This document shows, in pieces, positions 1 to 12,381 of a stretch of DNA of 64,000 bases. Below the pieces are notes generated by a model. That model ran no database searches. It saw nothing but the letters and a program-made list of their open reading frames with translations, and had not been told where the DNA came from. The first letter of the stretch is position 1. Each line of letters opens with the position of its first letter. The stretch spans positions 13,702,001 through 13,766,000 of the forward strand of contig NC_086097.1 in assembly GCF_963921235.1 (NCBI RefSeq), given 5' to 3'. Origin of the DNA: Mobula hypostoma (lineage: Eukaryota). The translations under genes and the position numbers were made by a program.

Positions 1-534
1 AGCTTCTTCAGGCTCTGCTGTTTTCTGGGGGCCTTGCCCCTGTTGTAGTGGTCCGGCGGTGACACCATTTTCCAGTCTCCGTCATGCTGCTGAGGCAGTA
101 TCAACGCCAACCGTCCCTCTACCTCCACGGACACTGTCTGACCCTCTGGCCTTCTCCAGCGGTCTACTTTTAGCTCCAGATCTCAGCACTTACAGTTGTT
201 TGTGTCCCAACTATTCTCTGTTCTATGTATCTGTCACTGCCACCACACCCAGCAATGCATTCCATGCACCCATCATATTTTGTGTAAAATAAAAGAATGA
301 TTGGAGAAAAACATCAAGTGGGCTGAGGGGATGTTTTATATCCTGTGTTTCTTCACTCTTTTTCTGTCGTTTGCATGATTTGTTCTTTTCTTGTGTATGT
401 TGTGGGCTTGTTATTTTTCCATGAACAGCTTCCATATGGTTTTCTTTGTTTCATGGCTGCCTGTGGGAAGACATATCTCAGGGTTGTATTCTGCATATGT
501 GCTTTGATAATAAATGTACATAGAACTTTGAACT

Positions 535-1290
535 TTGAATGGCAAATGAAGTTTGATTCGGACGTCAGATCCTGGTCGAACATTGACAATGAGTGGAAGA
601 GTCCTGGGGAGTACTGCAGAACAGAGGGACCTTGGAGATCAAGTGTGTGATTCACTGACAGTAGTCATAGGTAGACAGGGTGATGAAGAACACTGATCTT
701 CATCCATCACCGCATTTGAATATAAAAGCTGGGAGGTCAGCATGTGGTTCTACAGGATGTTGATGCATCTGCACTTGGAGTATTGTGTTTGGAGTACCTG
801 GAAACTGTGTTTAGTTTCAGTTACACTGTTAAAGGGAAGATGTTATTAAACTAAAAAGAGTAAAGAAAAGACTTACAGGACTTTAGGCACTAAGTCATAG
901 TAGGATTTATTTCTTAGACCTAGTGGTGAATTTATAGAGATGCATAGAATCATGAGGGTGAATGTACAGTCTTTTTCTCAGGGGTGGAGAATCGAGAAAT
1001 CAAAGTCATAGGTTTAAGCTGAGATGCGAATGACTTAATAAGAACTTGAGGTGGAAATTTTTGACACAAAAGTTGGTGGAATGAGCTGTCGGGCAAAATG
1101 GTCGAGGCAGGTACAATAAGAACTTATAAAAGATAGTTGGGCAGGTACATAGATTGGAAGGAATCTTTCAGAAAGCTTTGGGCCAAATGTTTGTAGAAGG
1201 GTGCTAGCTTGGATGGGGCATCTTAGTTGGCGAGGACTAGTTGTGCCGACGATCCTGTTTCTGTGCTGCATAACTCTATGACTCTATGAA
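535..1290 (+). mobile_element. Old, degraded CR1 LINE 3' fragment
   Basis: Residual 'EWQMKF' motif, 'gcacttggagtattgtgt' (HLEYCV) and a CR1-type 3' end 'ctgtgctgcataactctatgactctatga'. Confidence 0.75.
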
Positions 1291-1294
1291 AGAG

Positions 1295-1630
1295 TTGCGG
1301 GGTGATGGAAGAGCAAGGAGGAAGGCTAAAGTCTTGAGGAGAAAGGATCAGTTGGGAGGGAAGTTTGGAACCAAATGAAGACGGAAGGAAAATGGATACA
1401 GTGGAAGAACAACAGCCAAGGAAGGGAGAGAGGAGAGATAGGTGGTGAGAAATGGAAAGGGAAAATAGGAGGGAAGGTAAATGAGCAGACAAAGATGAAA
1501 GAAGAGGTAGGGAAGGGGTGAGGAGAAGACAGAAGCTAAAAACAACAATGCAGGCTAAAAGAAGGAGGATGTTGAAAAGAGGGTTTGCCAGGGACAGAAA
1601 TGAAAAATGTAAAGGAGGGATTTAGTGGTG
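1295..1630. repeat. Purine-rich (GA) low-complexity tract
   Basis: Strong A/G bias; explains the spurious S/L/P/F-rich minus-strand ORFs. Confidence 0.65.
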
Positions 1631-2027
1631 GATGATCACTGAAAATTCCTCAAATGATGAGGAGATTCTGAGAGAGGTTTGCCCTCCAGTAAGGCTCCCA
1701 CCAGGCCACTGGAAGCTGTTAACGAGGTAGGTCATGGACACTGCACGTATAACTCCTCACCATTGATTTATTATCTCTTTCTGGAGCACACAAACCCTCT
1801 CATTGATCTGGAAAAACAAATGCTTTATTGGGGTCCTTGTTATTTTTCCAAATTTGCATTTACTTTTCAGGTAGATCATGGGATTGCTTTTTAGGAGTTG
1901 GAATTGGAATTAATTTGATATTGTCACATGTACAGAGGTACTGTGAAAAACTTAGCTTTGCATGCCATCCACAATTGCAGAAGTGTATTGAAGCAGTACA
2001 AAGTAAAGCAATACTAAAACATAGAAA

Positions 2028-2160
2028 GAGTTCTGATGAAGGGCCTCGGCCCGAAACATTGGCTCTTTATTCATTTCCATAGATGCTGCCTGACCTGCTG
2101 AGTTCCTCCAGAACGGTGTCTGAAAATTTCCAGCATTTTCAGAATCCCTTGTGTTTACAA
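2028..2160 (+). mobile_element. PLE-derived short repeat with decayed hammerhead motif
   Basis: GAGTT-CTGATGA-A-GGGCCTCGGCCC-GAAA-CAT-T-GGCTC followed by the family tail 'atagatgctgcctgacctgctgagttcctccag'. Confidence 0.75.
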
Positions 2161-2268
2161 AATGTGGAATAAAGTGTTACACTTACAGTGAAAATGCAGG
2201 AAGACAAAAAGTTGCTAGTCCATACTGAAGTCAACAGTTCATTTTACCATACCTGGGGACAAGTCTTA

Positions 2269-2936
2269 GATTAGATTATTAGATTATGAGGACACGCAGT
2301 CCTCTTTTATTGTCATTTAGTAATGCATGCATTAAGAAATGATACAATTTGTTCCTTCAGAATGATATCACAGAAACAGAAGACAAACTAAGACTAAAAA
2401 AAACTGACAAAAACCGCGTAATTATAACATATAGTTACAACAGTGCAAAGCAATACCGTAATTTGATGAAGAACAGACCATGGGCATGGTAAAAAAAAGT
2501 CTCAAAGTCTCTCGAAAGTCCCATCATCTCACGCAGACGGTTGAAGGAGAAACTCTACCTGCCATGAGCTTCCAGCGCCCCAAACTTGCCAATGCAGTAT
2601 CCTGGAAGCACTCAACCACAGTCCGACTCTGAGTCTGTCCGAAAACTTCGAGCCTCCGACCAGCCCTCCGACACCGAGCACCGAGCACCATCTCTGTTGA
2701 TCACTTCGACCCCTGCCCCGGTGACAGGCGATAGGCAAAGCCGAGGATTTGGGGCCTTCCCCTCTGGAGATTCTCGATCACACAGTAGCAGTGGCAGCGA
2801 AGCGGGCATTTCAGACGTTTCTCCAGATGTTCCTCTGTGCTTCTCACATTCATCTCCATGGCCCCTGTTTAACAAATACGATATCAATTCAGAGCTGCCG
2901 CACGCTCTGTGTCGCGCTGCCATCTTCTCCTCCCCA
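2269..2936 (-). mobile_element. Non-autonomous ORF-less retroelement (LINE-like 5' head plus microsatellite tail)
   Basis: Minus strand starts GGGGAGGAGAAGATGGC (YY1-like), has a CpG-rich body and ends 'aaatgacaataaaa...(tctaa)n'; interrupts an older Rex1-like 3' fragment. Confidence 0.6.
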
Positions 2937-3221
2937 AATATCCTTATAGCAGCAGGATAGAAGCTGTCCTTGAACCTAGTAGTATGCCTGCTTGCAGGCT
3001 TTTTTTATCTGCTATCCAATAGTGGTAGAAGACAGAATATCTGGGGGATGGGTGGGGTCTTTGTTTATGTCGGCTGTTTTACCATGGCAGTGAGAAATGT
3101 AGACAGGAGAGGCTGGTTTCCATGATGTGCAGAGCCCGTGTCCATAGCCCCAGAGCTTATTTGGGTCTCAGATAGAGCAGTTGCCCTACCAAGACATGAT
3201 ACATCCAGATTGTTTTATTTT

Positions 3222-3483
3222 ATTTTATTGAGATATAGCGCAGGAGAACTTCCGTAACCCAGCAATCCCCTGATTTAATCTGTGCCTAATCACGGGACAG
3301 TTTACAATGACCAATTATCCTAACAACCAGTATGGCTTTGGACTGTGGGGGAGAAGCTGGAGCACCCGGAGGAAACCCACGCAGTCATCGGGAGAACGTA
3401 CCAACTCCTTACAGGCAGTGACGGGAATTGAACCCAAGTTATCTGTACTGTAGAGCACTGCGCTAACCACTATGCTACCGTGT
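3222..3483 (-). mobile_element. V-SINE (tRNA head plus V domain)
   Basis: Minus strand: A box 'tagcatagtggttag', B box 'gggttcaattccc', V domain 'gcgtgggtttcctccgggtgctcc...cacagtccaaag'. Confidence 0.85.
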
Positions 3484-5179
3484 CACCCAGACCAACAGGC
3501 AGTACAGGCAATCTGGGTTAGATAGGTGCTTTCTATGGTGCATCAATAAAAATTAGTGAGGTCTTCATATATTACTTTTTCTCCCATGCAGATAATGGCA
3601 AAATCTAGCTAATGACATATCATTCTAAACTGATATATTTTAAAACAAAAAAAACTGATGTTTCTACAAATAATAATTTTCCAGAATAAAAAAAAAACAA
3701 ATGCACGATCACACACAAACAATGCTCACACATTTCAAGTTGAGCACATGAACAGACTTGGTTAATGTGCAATGTGAAAACAAGCTTCCATAAAGGAAGC
3801 TGCTTCGAATTACCTCATTGTCGTGTTACCCAGAGTAACAGGAATGTCATCCTCTGTATGAATGAATCAATGTTACTGAATATTGATGTTTCCCTCCTGT
3901 GCAGTTGATAGATGCCCGGTTTTGTTCCGGCTTAGAGTGTTTTATTGTTCTGCATCACTGAAAAAAACTGTGGTTGTACAGTGAGTGAAATTGCAGGTAA
4001 CATCTCAAAATATATTTTAAGACATTGATAGAAGGTTAAGCTAGCAAATGCAACCTAATACATTTATCCTACCCTTAGTACCTGACAAATGGTTTAAGAC
4101 CGTGTGTCACGTCAAGATGATGCTGTAGAAATCATGGTGAATTATCGGAAGTGTATTTTCTCAAAACAGAAGTAAATCAGGTTCGTATTGGATGGGTGCT
4201 AAGTTAAAAGTACTAATGAAGATCGTAGCCATTGTCAGCACTATTCATTGGGTATTCTGTTAATCTGGATCAATTATGCGCTTGGAAGGACCAAAAGATG
4301 ACTATCCTATAAACTGCTTGACCCACTACCATCTGGAAGGAATATCTGGCCACTACTGAGGTCTCCTCACTAGCACAGCAAGCTATTTACCGTATTCCTA
4401 CAGTGAGGGTCCCTACCATCCATCCCACAATCTCTTTGACCCAATACTGTCTGAAAGGAGGTACAGGACTAGGACTACCAGACTGGGTAACAACTTCTTC
4501 CCTCAGGCTGTCAGACTAATGAATACCTTGCCACTACTGAGGTCTCATTACTAGGACAGTGAGCTGTTTACTCTTTGCTGTTTACCTGTACTGTGTTTTA
4601 CTACATGCATTTTGAATTATATTTTATTAACTTATTTATAGTATAATATTTCAGTTTATGTGCTGTGTGTGATATATGTTGTGTGGGTGTACCATGGTCC
4701 AGAGGAACATTATTTTGATTGTTTGCATATATGTACAGTCAGATGGCAATAACCTTGAACTTGAAGCAAGCCATAAACTTACAGGCAGTAGTAAACTGGA
4801 AGATGGCATTCCATAATAATTTTAGAACTGGTAGAGATAGACTCAAAGAGATTTAAAATTCAGATTTTTGCATATGAATTTAAAATTGGAATAACCTTGA
4901 AAATGGAGAGATATTTTTCATCAGACTGGCCTGGAGCAGGCTATTTCCTTTTGCCAACAGACAAGGACGGCTCAGGTCCTCAAACTCCAGCACAACACCA
5001 CAATAGATACTGACTGCATGTTTCCACAAGGAAGTATATAACATAGAACGACTGAGTAACTACAACCCTCTCCCAGCACCATTACCAATGCTTGGCTCAA
5101 CCTGAACAAGTCACTTTATATCTCAGAATGAATCCCATTCCTAACATGAATCATCTTTGCAGGGTTACAAGGAGGCAGA

Positions 5180-5600
5180 CATTGGGCATCAACAGTAATC
5201 ACAGGAATATGAATATTCATTCCACGAGGTGCAGGAACAGCTATTACTCCTCAACCATCAGTCTCTTGGACTAGAGTGGATAACTTCACTCAACTTCACT
5301 TGCCTCTTCATTGAAATGTTCCCACAATCTATGAACTTGCTTTCCAGGCCTCTGCATCTCATGTTCTCAATATTAACCACTTATTTATTTATTATTATTT
5401 CTCTATTTTTGTATTTGCACAATTTGTTGTTTGCTGCACTCAGTTTGAATGCTCAAGCTGATGTGGTCTTCATTGATTTTGTTATGGATATTATTATATT
5501 ATTGATGTATTATGTATGCCCACAAGAAAATGAATCTCAGAGTTGTACATGGTGACATATATGTACTTTGATAATTAAGTTATTTTGAACTTTGAACTTC
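5180..5600 (+). mobile_element. Rex1/Babar-like LINE 3' end
   Basis: 'aggtgcaggaacagctattactcctcaaccatcag' (RNSYY) and a 3'UTR ending 'ttgaactttgaact'; homologous to 43330-43780 and 56370-57120. Confidence 0.7.
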
Positions 5601-5650
5601 AGACGCAAGATGCTGCACGTGCTGGGCATCTTGAGCAACACACACAAAAT

Positions 5651-6436
5651 TCCGATCTATTCTTTTACTTTCTTCTTCTTACTTTTTAATTTACATTATT
5701 TTTTGTGTTTTTTTCTCACGGTAACACGTCGAAGCTGCACCCTCTCTAATATGTTGGTAGAGAGAGTTTTATTTGGGTTTTCTTTAGCGCTGGAAATGGT
5801 TACATCCCGACGCGCGGGACAGAAGCAAGGTCGCATTGTGTATTCCACGGACCAACAAATTCCGGTCGGCTTAGCGAACAGAGCGGCAGACACCCCTGCT
5901 GAAATCCGGAGGAAAACACACAGAGGGGGATCACAAAGCCGAGGAAAGAGGACCGGGTCGAGACAACAGAGACTTTTGGAGAAGAGGAGTTCGGTGGGTA
6001 ATACCGTTCCGGCTGACCGGAAGTGCACTGAGAGCGGTAAGTGGCGTGAAGGAGTGGGGTGCTTACTGATCTGGCTAACAACGGATGGTGCAATCCGGGG
6101 TATATTACGATTGAGGAACGTGTTTGCAGACTGGATATTGAACTTCTTACTGTTGGACTTCGGCCACATTCCACCGTGATACAACACTTGGCGGCACGGG
6201 AGGTCGTTCCTGCCTGTGGCCATCGAACGTGCAGCTCCTCCCGTGGAGGGTCAGACACCCTGAACCAATAGACTGGTCCTGGACTTATTTTCCATCTGAC
6301 ATAGTTTGCATTTTGTTGTTTGATTGTTGGGGTTTTTCGTATTGCTATATTTACGCTCTACTCTTGGTTGGTGCGGCTGTAACGAAACCAAATTTCCCTC
6401 GGGATTAATAAAGTGTATCTATCTATCTATCTATCT
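5651..6436 (+). mobile_element. Internally deleted Rex1-like LINE (5' region plus APE fragment fused to the 3' end)
   Basis: Frameshifted APE motifs 'ADRKCTESGK...NNGWCNPGYITIEERVC.LDIELLTVGLRP' join directly to a 3' end homologous to 30473-30730; (ATCT)n tail; AAAAT TSD at 5646-5650 and 6437-6441. Confidence 0.75.
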
Positions 6437-6622
6437 AAAATGCATGAAGAGCTCAGTAAGTCAGGCAGCATCTATGGAGATGAATAAATAATTGGCACTG
6501 TAGATGAAGAGTTCCGATGAAGGGTCTCGGTTGACTTTGCTCCTCTATCGGTGCTGCCTAACTTATTGAGTTTCTTCATCATTTTGTGAATATAGAATAT
6601 TCAGCCTGTCCACTATTCATTC

Positions 6623-7020
6623 GAGTTGTGGGGTGGAGATACCCCTCCACCAAAGGAGGTGAAAGGCGCTCCTTCACTCTGCTAGCCTGAAAGTCACCCT
6701 TGGGCAAGGCGTAGCAGTTGTTTACCACCTCCCAACCCCCCCCCGACTGATCAGGGTCACGTGCATCTACGAGACTAGTGGTGAATGGTCGTATGAGCAG
6801 CTGGTGCATAACACAAGTCCTGGTTATGAGCCCAATTACATCAGGCAGACTATCTCTGAAAAGTATTGATAGTGGCTGGGGTTATCTGTCTTGTAAAGAC
6901 ACTTCCCAGAAGAAGGCAATGGCAAACTACTTCTGTAGAAAAATTTGCCAAGAAGAATCATGGTCATAGAATCATTATCACCCAAGTCATACAATATGGC
7001 ACATAATGGTGATGATGACA
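6623..7020 (+). mobile_element. RTE-related short element, copy 1
   Basis: 11-bp TSD ACTATTCATTC (6612-6622, 7021-7031); RTE/BovA-like motif 'gaagaaggcaatggcaaac'; (GAT)n tail. Confidence 0.8.
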
Positions 7021-7301
7021 ACTATTCATTCAATTCCTGATTTTTAACTCCATTTACCCACAGACTGGTTCATGTTACTTAATAATCATGCAATTCCACC
7101 ATCTTCAGTTCTGTTTGATCAATCAGAGAATGCATTGCTGCTTACACCCCTTTGAACTGCTTTATCAAAGAGCAATGTTGCAAAATAAAGTGTATTACCT
7201 TTAAATCTAGTATAGAAACATAGAAAATAGGTGCAGGAGTAGGCCATTCGGCCCTTCGAGCCTGCACCGCCATTTATTATGATCATTGCTGATCATCCAA
7301 C

Positions 7302-8495
7302 TCAGAACCCCGCCCCAGCCTTCCCTCCATACCCCCTGACCCCTGTAGCCACAAGGGCCATATCTAACTCCCTCTTAAATATAGCCAATGAACTGGCCTC
7401 AACAGTTTCCTGTGGCAGAGAATTCCACAGATTCACCACTCTCTGTGTGAAGAAGTTTTTCCTAATCTCAGTCCTAAAAGGCTTCGCCTTTATCCTCAAA
7501 CTGTGACCCCTCGTTCTGGACTTCCCCAACATCGGGAACAATCTTCCTGCATCTAGCCTGTCCAATCCCTTTAGGATTTTATACGTTTCAATCAGATCCC
7601 CCATCAATCTTCTAAATTCCAACGAGTACAAGCCTAGTTCATCCAGTCTTTCTTCATATGAAAGTCCTGCCATCCCAGGAATCAATCTGGTGAACCTTCT
7701 TTGTACTCCCTCTATGGCAAGGATGTCTTTCCTCAGATTAAGGGACCAAAACTGCACACAATAATTCAGGCGTTGTCTCACCAAGGCCATGTACAACTGC
7801 AGTAGTACCTCCCTGCTCCTGTACTCGAATCCTCTTGCTATAAATGCCAGCATACCATTCGCCTTTTTCACCGCCTGCTGTACTTGCATGCCCACTTTCA
7901 ATGACTGGTGTATAATGACACCCAGGTCTCGTTGCACCTCCCCTTTTCCTAATCGGCCACCATTCAGATAATAATCTGTTTTCCTATTTTTGCCACCAAA
8001 GTGGATAACTTCACATTTATCCACATTAAATTGCATCTGCCATGAATTTGCCCACTCACCCAACCTATCCAAGTCACCCTGCATCCTCTTATCATCCTCC
8101 TCACAGCTAACACTGCCACCCAGCTTCGTGTCATCTGCAAACTTGGAGATGTTGCATTTAATTCCCTCATCCAAGTCATTAATATATATTGTAAACAACT
8201 GGGGTCCCAGCACTGAGCCTTGCGGTACCCCACTAGTCATTGCCTGCCATTCTGAAAAGGTCCTGTTTATTCCCACTCTTTGCTTCCTGTCTGCTAACCA
8301 ATTCTCTATCCACATCAATACCTTACCCCCAATACCGTGTGCTTTAAGTTTGCACACTAATCTCCTGTGTGGGACCTTATCAAAAGCCTTTTGAAAATCC
8401 AAATATACCACATCCACTGGTTCTCCCCTATCCACTCTACTAGTTACATCCTCAAAAAATACTATGAGATTCGTCAGACATGATTTTCCTTTCAC
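7302..8495 (-). pseudogene. CR1 ORF2 reverse transcriptase C-terminal portion (397 aa open)
   Basis: YLDFQKAFDKVPH, GVPQGSVLGP and FADDTK motifs. Confidence 0.92.
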
Positions 8496-9250
8496 AAATC
8501 CATGCTGACTTTGTCCGATGTTTCACCGCTTTCCAAATGTGCTGTTATCACATCTTTGATAACTGACTCCAGCAGTTTCCCCACCACCGACGTTAGGCTA
8601 ACTGGTCTATAATTCCCCGGTTTCTCTCTCCCTTTTTTAAAAAGTGGGGTTACATTAGCCACCCTCCAATCCTCAGGAACTAGTCCAGAATCTAACGAGT
8701 TTTGAAAAATTATCACTAATGCATCCACTATTTCTTGGGCTACTTTCTTAAGCACTCTGGGATGCAAACCATCTGGCCCTGGGGATTTATCTGCCTTTAA
8801 TCCCTTCAATTTACCTAACACCACTTCCCTACTAACGTGTATTTCGCTCAGTTCCTCCATCTCACTGGACCCTCTGTCCCCTACTATTTCTGGAAGATTA
8901 TTTATGTCCTCCTTAGTGAAGACAGAACCAAAGTAATTATTCAATTGGTCTGCCATATCCTTGCTCCCCATAATCAATTCACCTGTTTCTGTCTGTAGGG
9001 GACCTACATTTGTCTTTACCAGTCTTTTCCTTTTTACATATCTATAAAAGCTTTTACAGTCAGTTTTTATGTTCCCTGCCAGTTTTCTCTTATAATCTTT
9101 TTTCCTCTTCCTAATTAAGCCCTTTGTCCTCCTCTGCTGAACTCTGAATTTCTCCCAGTCCTCAGGTGAGCCACTTTCTCTGGTTAATTTGTATACTTCT
9201 TCTTTGGAATTGATACTATCCCTAATTTCTCTTGTCAGCCATGGGTGCAC
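8492..9250 (-). pseudogene. CR1 ORF2 linker and RT N-terminal portion, frameshifted relative to the downstream part
   Basis: KSPGPDGLHPRVLK, VPEDWRVANVTPLFKKG and NYRPVSLTSVVGK motifs. Confidence 0.9.
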
Positions 9251-9559
9251 TACCTTCCTGATTTATTCTTTTGCCAAACTGGGATGAACAATTGTTGTAT
9301 CTAAAACAGAATGACGTGAAAGCAAAAATGTGCAACAGATCAAAGGTGCATGTTACTAAATTGTTTGCAGGAGTGACTGAAATAACAGTTGTCAAATCAG
9401 AAATGGTCTTGTCAACTAAATGTGTCAGATGGGCAAAGGAATATTTTTCTGCCCATCGAACTCTGAAAGGTCTTTTTAGTTTATTCATTTTAAGAACGTT
9501 TCTGTGTGAAACTTTGCACAATGTCATGCAAGAGGTTATGAATAGACTGCCCTCAATTT

Positions 9560-9805
9560 ACTTATTTTAGAGATACAGGCCCTTCTGGCCCAATGAACCA
9601 CACCACCCAGCAACCAACATAATTAACCCTAGCCCAATCACAGGACAATTTCCATTGACCAATTAACCTACCAACCAGTATATCTTTAGAAAGTGGGAAG
9701 AAACCAGATCACCCAGAGGAAACCCATGCATTCAAGGTGATGATGCCAGAATTGAACTCCAAACTGTGCCACCCCAAACTATAATAGTGTTGCACTAACT
9801 GCTGT
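9560..9805 (-). mobile_element. V-SINE, degraded
   Basis: Homologous to 3222-3483 ('ccaatcacaggacaattt...gaccaattaacc...gaggaaacccatgc'). Confidence 0.75.
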
Positions 9806-9829
9806 CCTCCAAGAGGACCACAATGTTTT

Positions 9830-10270
9830 TCTAAGGTTTGGAGGCTTGCCTCAATGACCTGGAGAGCTATGTTGGCTGGAGTCTTGACAGGGCCATCCAT
9901 GCCAAACAGGTGCAAAAGGTAGCTAAACACGAGGAATTCTGCAAATGCTGGAAATTCAAGCAACACATGTCAAATTTGCTGGTGAACGCAGCAGACTAGG
10001 CAGCATCTCTAGGAAGAGGTACAGTCTTCCTAGAGATGCTGCCTGGCCTGCTGCATTCACCAGCAAATTTGATGTGTGTTGCTCAAAGGGTAGATGCCAG
10101 GTTAGGAGGAGTCTGCCAATCATCCAGTTTTGGGGATTCAGCTCAGGGCTAACAACCCTGACTGATAAAATAAAATTGTTATGGAAACAACAATGAAGAT
10201 TCCTTCTACATCGGAGTGTGATGGTATTCCTGAGTCTCCACCTGGACCTGCAAGGCTAACAGAAGTGAAA
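9830..10270 (+). mobile_element. RTE (Expander/Rex3-like) 5'UTR fragment interrupted by a PLE palindrome
   Basis: 'gcctcaatgacctggagagctatgttggc...catgccaaacagg' and 'ggggattcagctcagggctaacaaccctgac' resemble RTE 5' regions. Confidence 0.55.
9925..10083. mobile_element. PLE-derived palindromic element (centre and HHR deleted)
   Basis: Inverted arms; near-perfect TSD caaaaggtag (9913-9922) / caaagggtag (10084-10093). Confidence 0.8.
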
Positions 10271-11584
10271 ACCATAATGGGCAGTGACTATGTAGCTGCT
10301 ATGCTACCATGGAGCCCAGTAATCTCAGGAAATTATCCTGCAAATTAAAACACCACTTCTACATCAATGTGATTTCCTATTTCTCCATCTTTCTCATACT
10401 AGCCATTTCCATTCCTTTCCTCAGTTGCCCATCTAAAAATGCTGGTGTCCTGTAAACAGTTAGAGCAATCCATTGGTCACGGCCAACAAGTCTGAACAAT
10501 TCGAAATGTAACTCTTTATATGAGCAGCACTCGATGATATGTGTAGTAAACTCAGTGTTATGTCTCTCAGTCTTTTTCTGCATTGTGTAATGAGACTCTG
10601 AAGGAAATTGAGTTTTGTATAGCAGGGGAATACTCCATTCACTTCAGTAGATAAACGGAAGTGTGATCCTGTCTATAGGAATTGTGTATCTGTTCTCTAT
10701 CAGCATTGTATTCTGTGTGGCATATTTATTATGATAGCTGGTCACATGAGTAGGGGTGTGGTAAAAGTGAAGGGAATATGTCACCTTATTCATGGCCGTT
10801 TACAAGGGGGGTGCTGACAGTTGTTGTATCTTTTGTTGACTGCTCAGTTACACTTAACTTACACTTGGGTACGCTTAAGTTTCATCGCTTCAAGATTGTA
10901 TGTTTGCTAATTGTTGATAAAGGATCGGATACATACCTTCGACTTTTAGAACAATCATTATTGGTACAAGTATAACAAATCCGTGGGGGTCGCTAGCAGC
11001 GGGCAATTTGGTTTGGTTAGAATTGGCTGCTACACAGTCTTCTGAGGAAAAACTCCTCTACACATTTACTGAATTTTCAAGATCAGCATGAGAATATAAG
11101 GAACAGAAGCAGGACTGGTCTATGCACCCACTGAGTCCATTCCATCAATCCAAGTATACTTTGCCTGGCCCACATTTTTGCCAAGTGCTAATATCGTCAA
11201 TATGCTTTGTATCCAAAAATCTATCAACCTTGGCCTTGAATATATTCAGTGTACGATCACTCACAGCAGGCAAAATCCTTCTTTCAGGTTCACATTCTTC
11301 TTAGAAATAGATTAATAATAAAAAGAAAATTGCAATTAAATTGTGCCTTTTGAGACTTGACGTCATCTTAGACACCTCATATATAATGAAGCAGTTTTGG
11401 AACAAAGCCTGTATTGAAATACAAGACAAATACCTGCCAATTAGCAATCAGAAGTTAAAGAATTATTGACCAGAAAAATTCATTTTTAAAGCTGGTTGAG
11501 GGATAAATATTGGCCAGAATGCCAGAGAAGAATCCCCTGCCTTCAAAGTAGTGTTGAACCTTCTGGAAATACTTGAAAAGTTAT

Positions 11585-11862
11585 GTATTTATTGAGATAC
11601 AGCATGGAGTAGGCCCTTTTGACCTTTCAAGCCGTACGGCCCAGCAATTCTCTGATTTAACCCTAGCCTAATCACAGGGCAATTTACAATGACCTATTAA
11701 CCTGGTAGCTGGTACTTCTTTGGCCAGTGAGAGGAGACCAGAGCACCCGGAGGAAGTCCAGAGGTAATAGGGAGAACTTACAAACTCCTTACAGGCCGCA
11801 GTGGGAAATGAGCCCAGGTTACCTGTACTATAAAGTGTTGTGCTAACCACTACGCCACCATT
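11585..11862 (-). mobile_element. V-SINE
   Basis: Homologous to 3222-3483, including the tRNA head 'ggtggcgtagtggttagcac'. Confidence 0.8.
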
Positions 11863-12240
11863 CTGCCCTAAAGACAGGACAGGACGCCAACTTAATGGCA
11901 CTCCAAAAACCAGAGGCTCCGACCATACATTATTAGACTACACTTGATCCTAAATCCAGATCTAAGGGCTCAAGGCTCTTCAGTGAGCTTACGGTCTCCT
12001 GCAGCAGAGGTAAGAGTAATCCCAACCGGGCCATTGGCTGTTATTCCGGTTGCTGACGAGTGGTGCTGATTGTAATTGTTATCTGTAATAATTTGCATGC
12101 AATTTACGTTTGAGACTGCACTGGGCGTCACAGTGGTGCGCTATTAAAACTATTGCCTCACAGGTAGATCAGCTTCAAACCGAACTTCTCGTGCTGGCTA
12201 TATGAAGTTTGGCCTTTCTCACTGTGACCAGAATCAGAAT

Positions 12241-12376
12241 CTTTTCTTTTCTCTTATTTTTTTCTTTTTTTTCAGGTAGGGATATATATGGGGGGCAGGG
12301 TTAAGAGGAGGGGGTGGGTAGATATTATCATTCTATGTAATCATTTCAAAAACTCAATAAAAATTATATTTAAAAA
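12241..12376 (+). mobile_element. L1-type 3' end fragment (polyA signal plus A tail)
   Basis: T-rich then G-rich segment, AATAAA and A tail; AGAAT TSD at 12236-12240 and 12377-12381. Confidence 0.5.
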
Positions 12377-12381
12377 AGAAT

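Larger units (their letters stand above)
7212..9297 (-). mobile_element. Young CR1 LINE, 5'-truncated
   Basis: RT ORFs and a (TTTCTATG)-type tandem tail; nearly identical to 40673-41215, 43855-44127 and 51272-52208. Confidence 0.95.

Noticed and set aside
3905..3980. Possible exon (pyrimidine tract-AG ... GTGAGT)
   Set aside because: The only open frame gives no recognisable peptide and there are no partner exons.
5592..6258. Overlapping 150-195 aa ORFs as a host gene
   Set aside because: They lie within a deleted Rex1-like element; only frameshifted APE fragments are recognisable.
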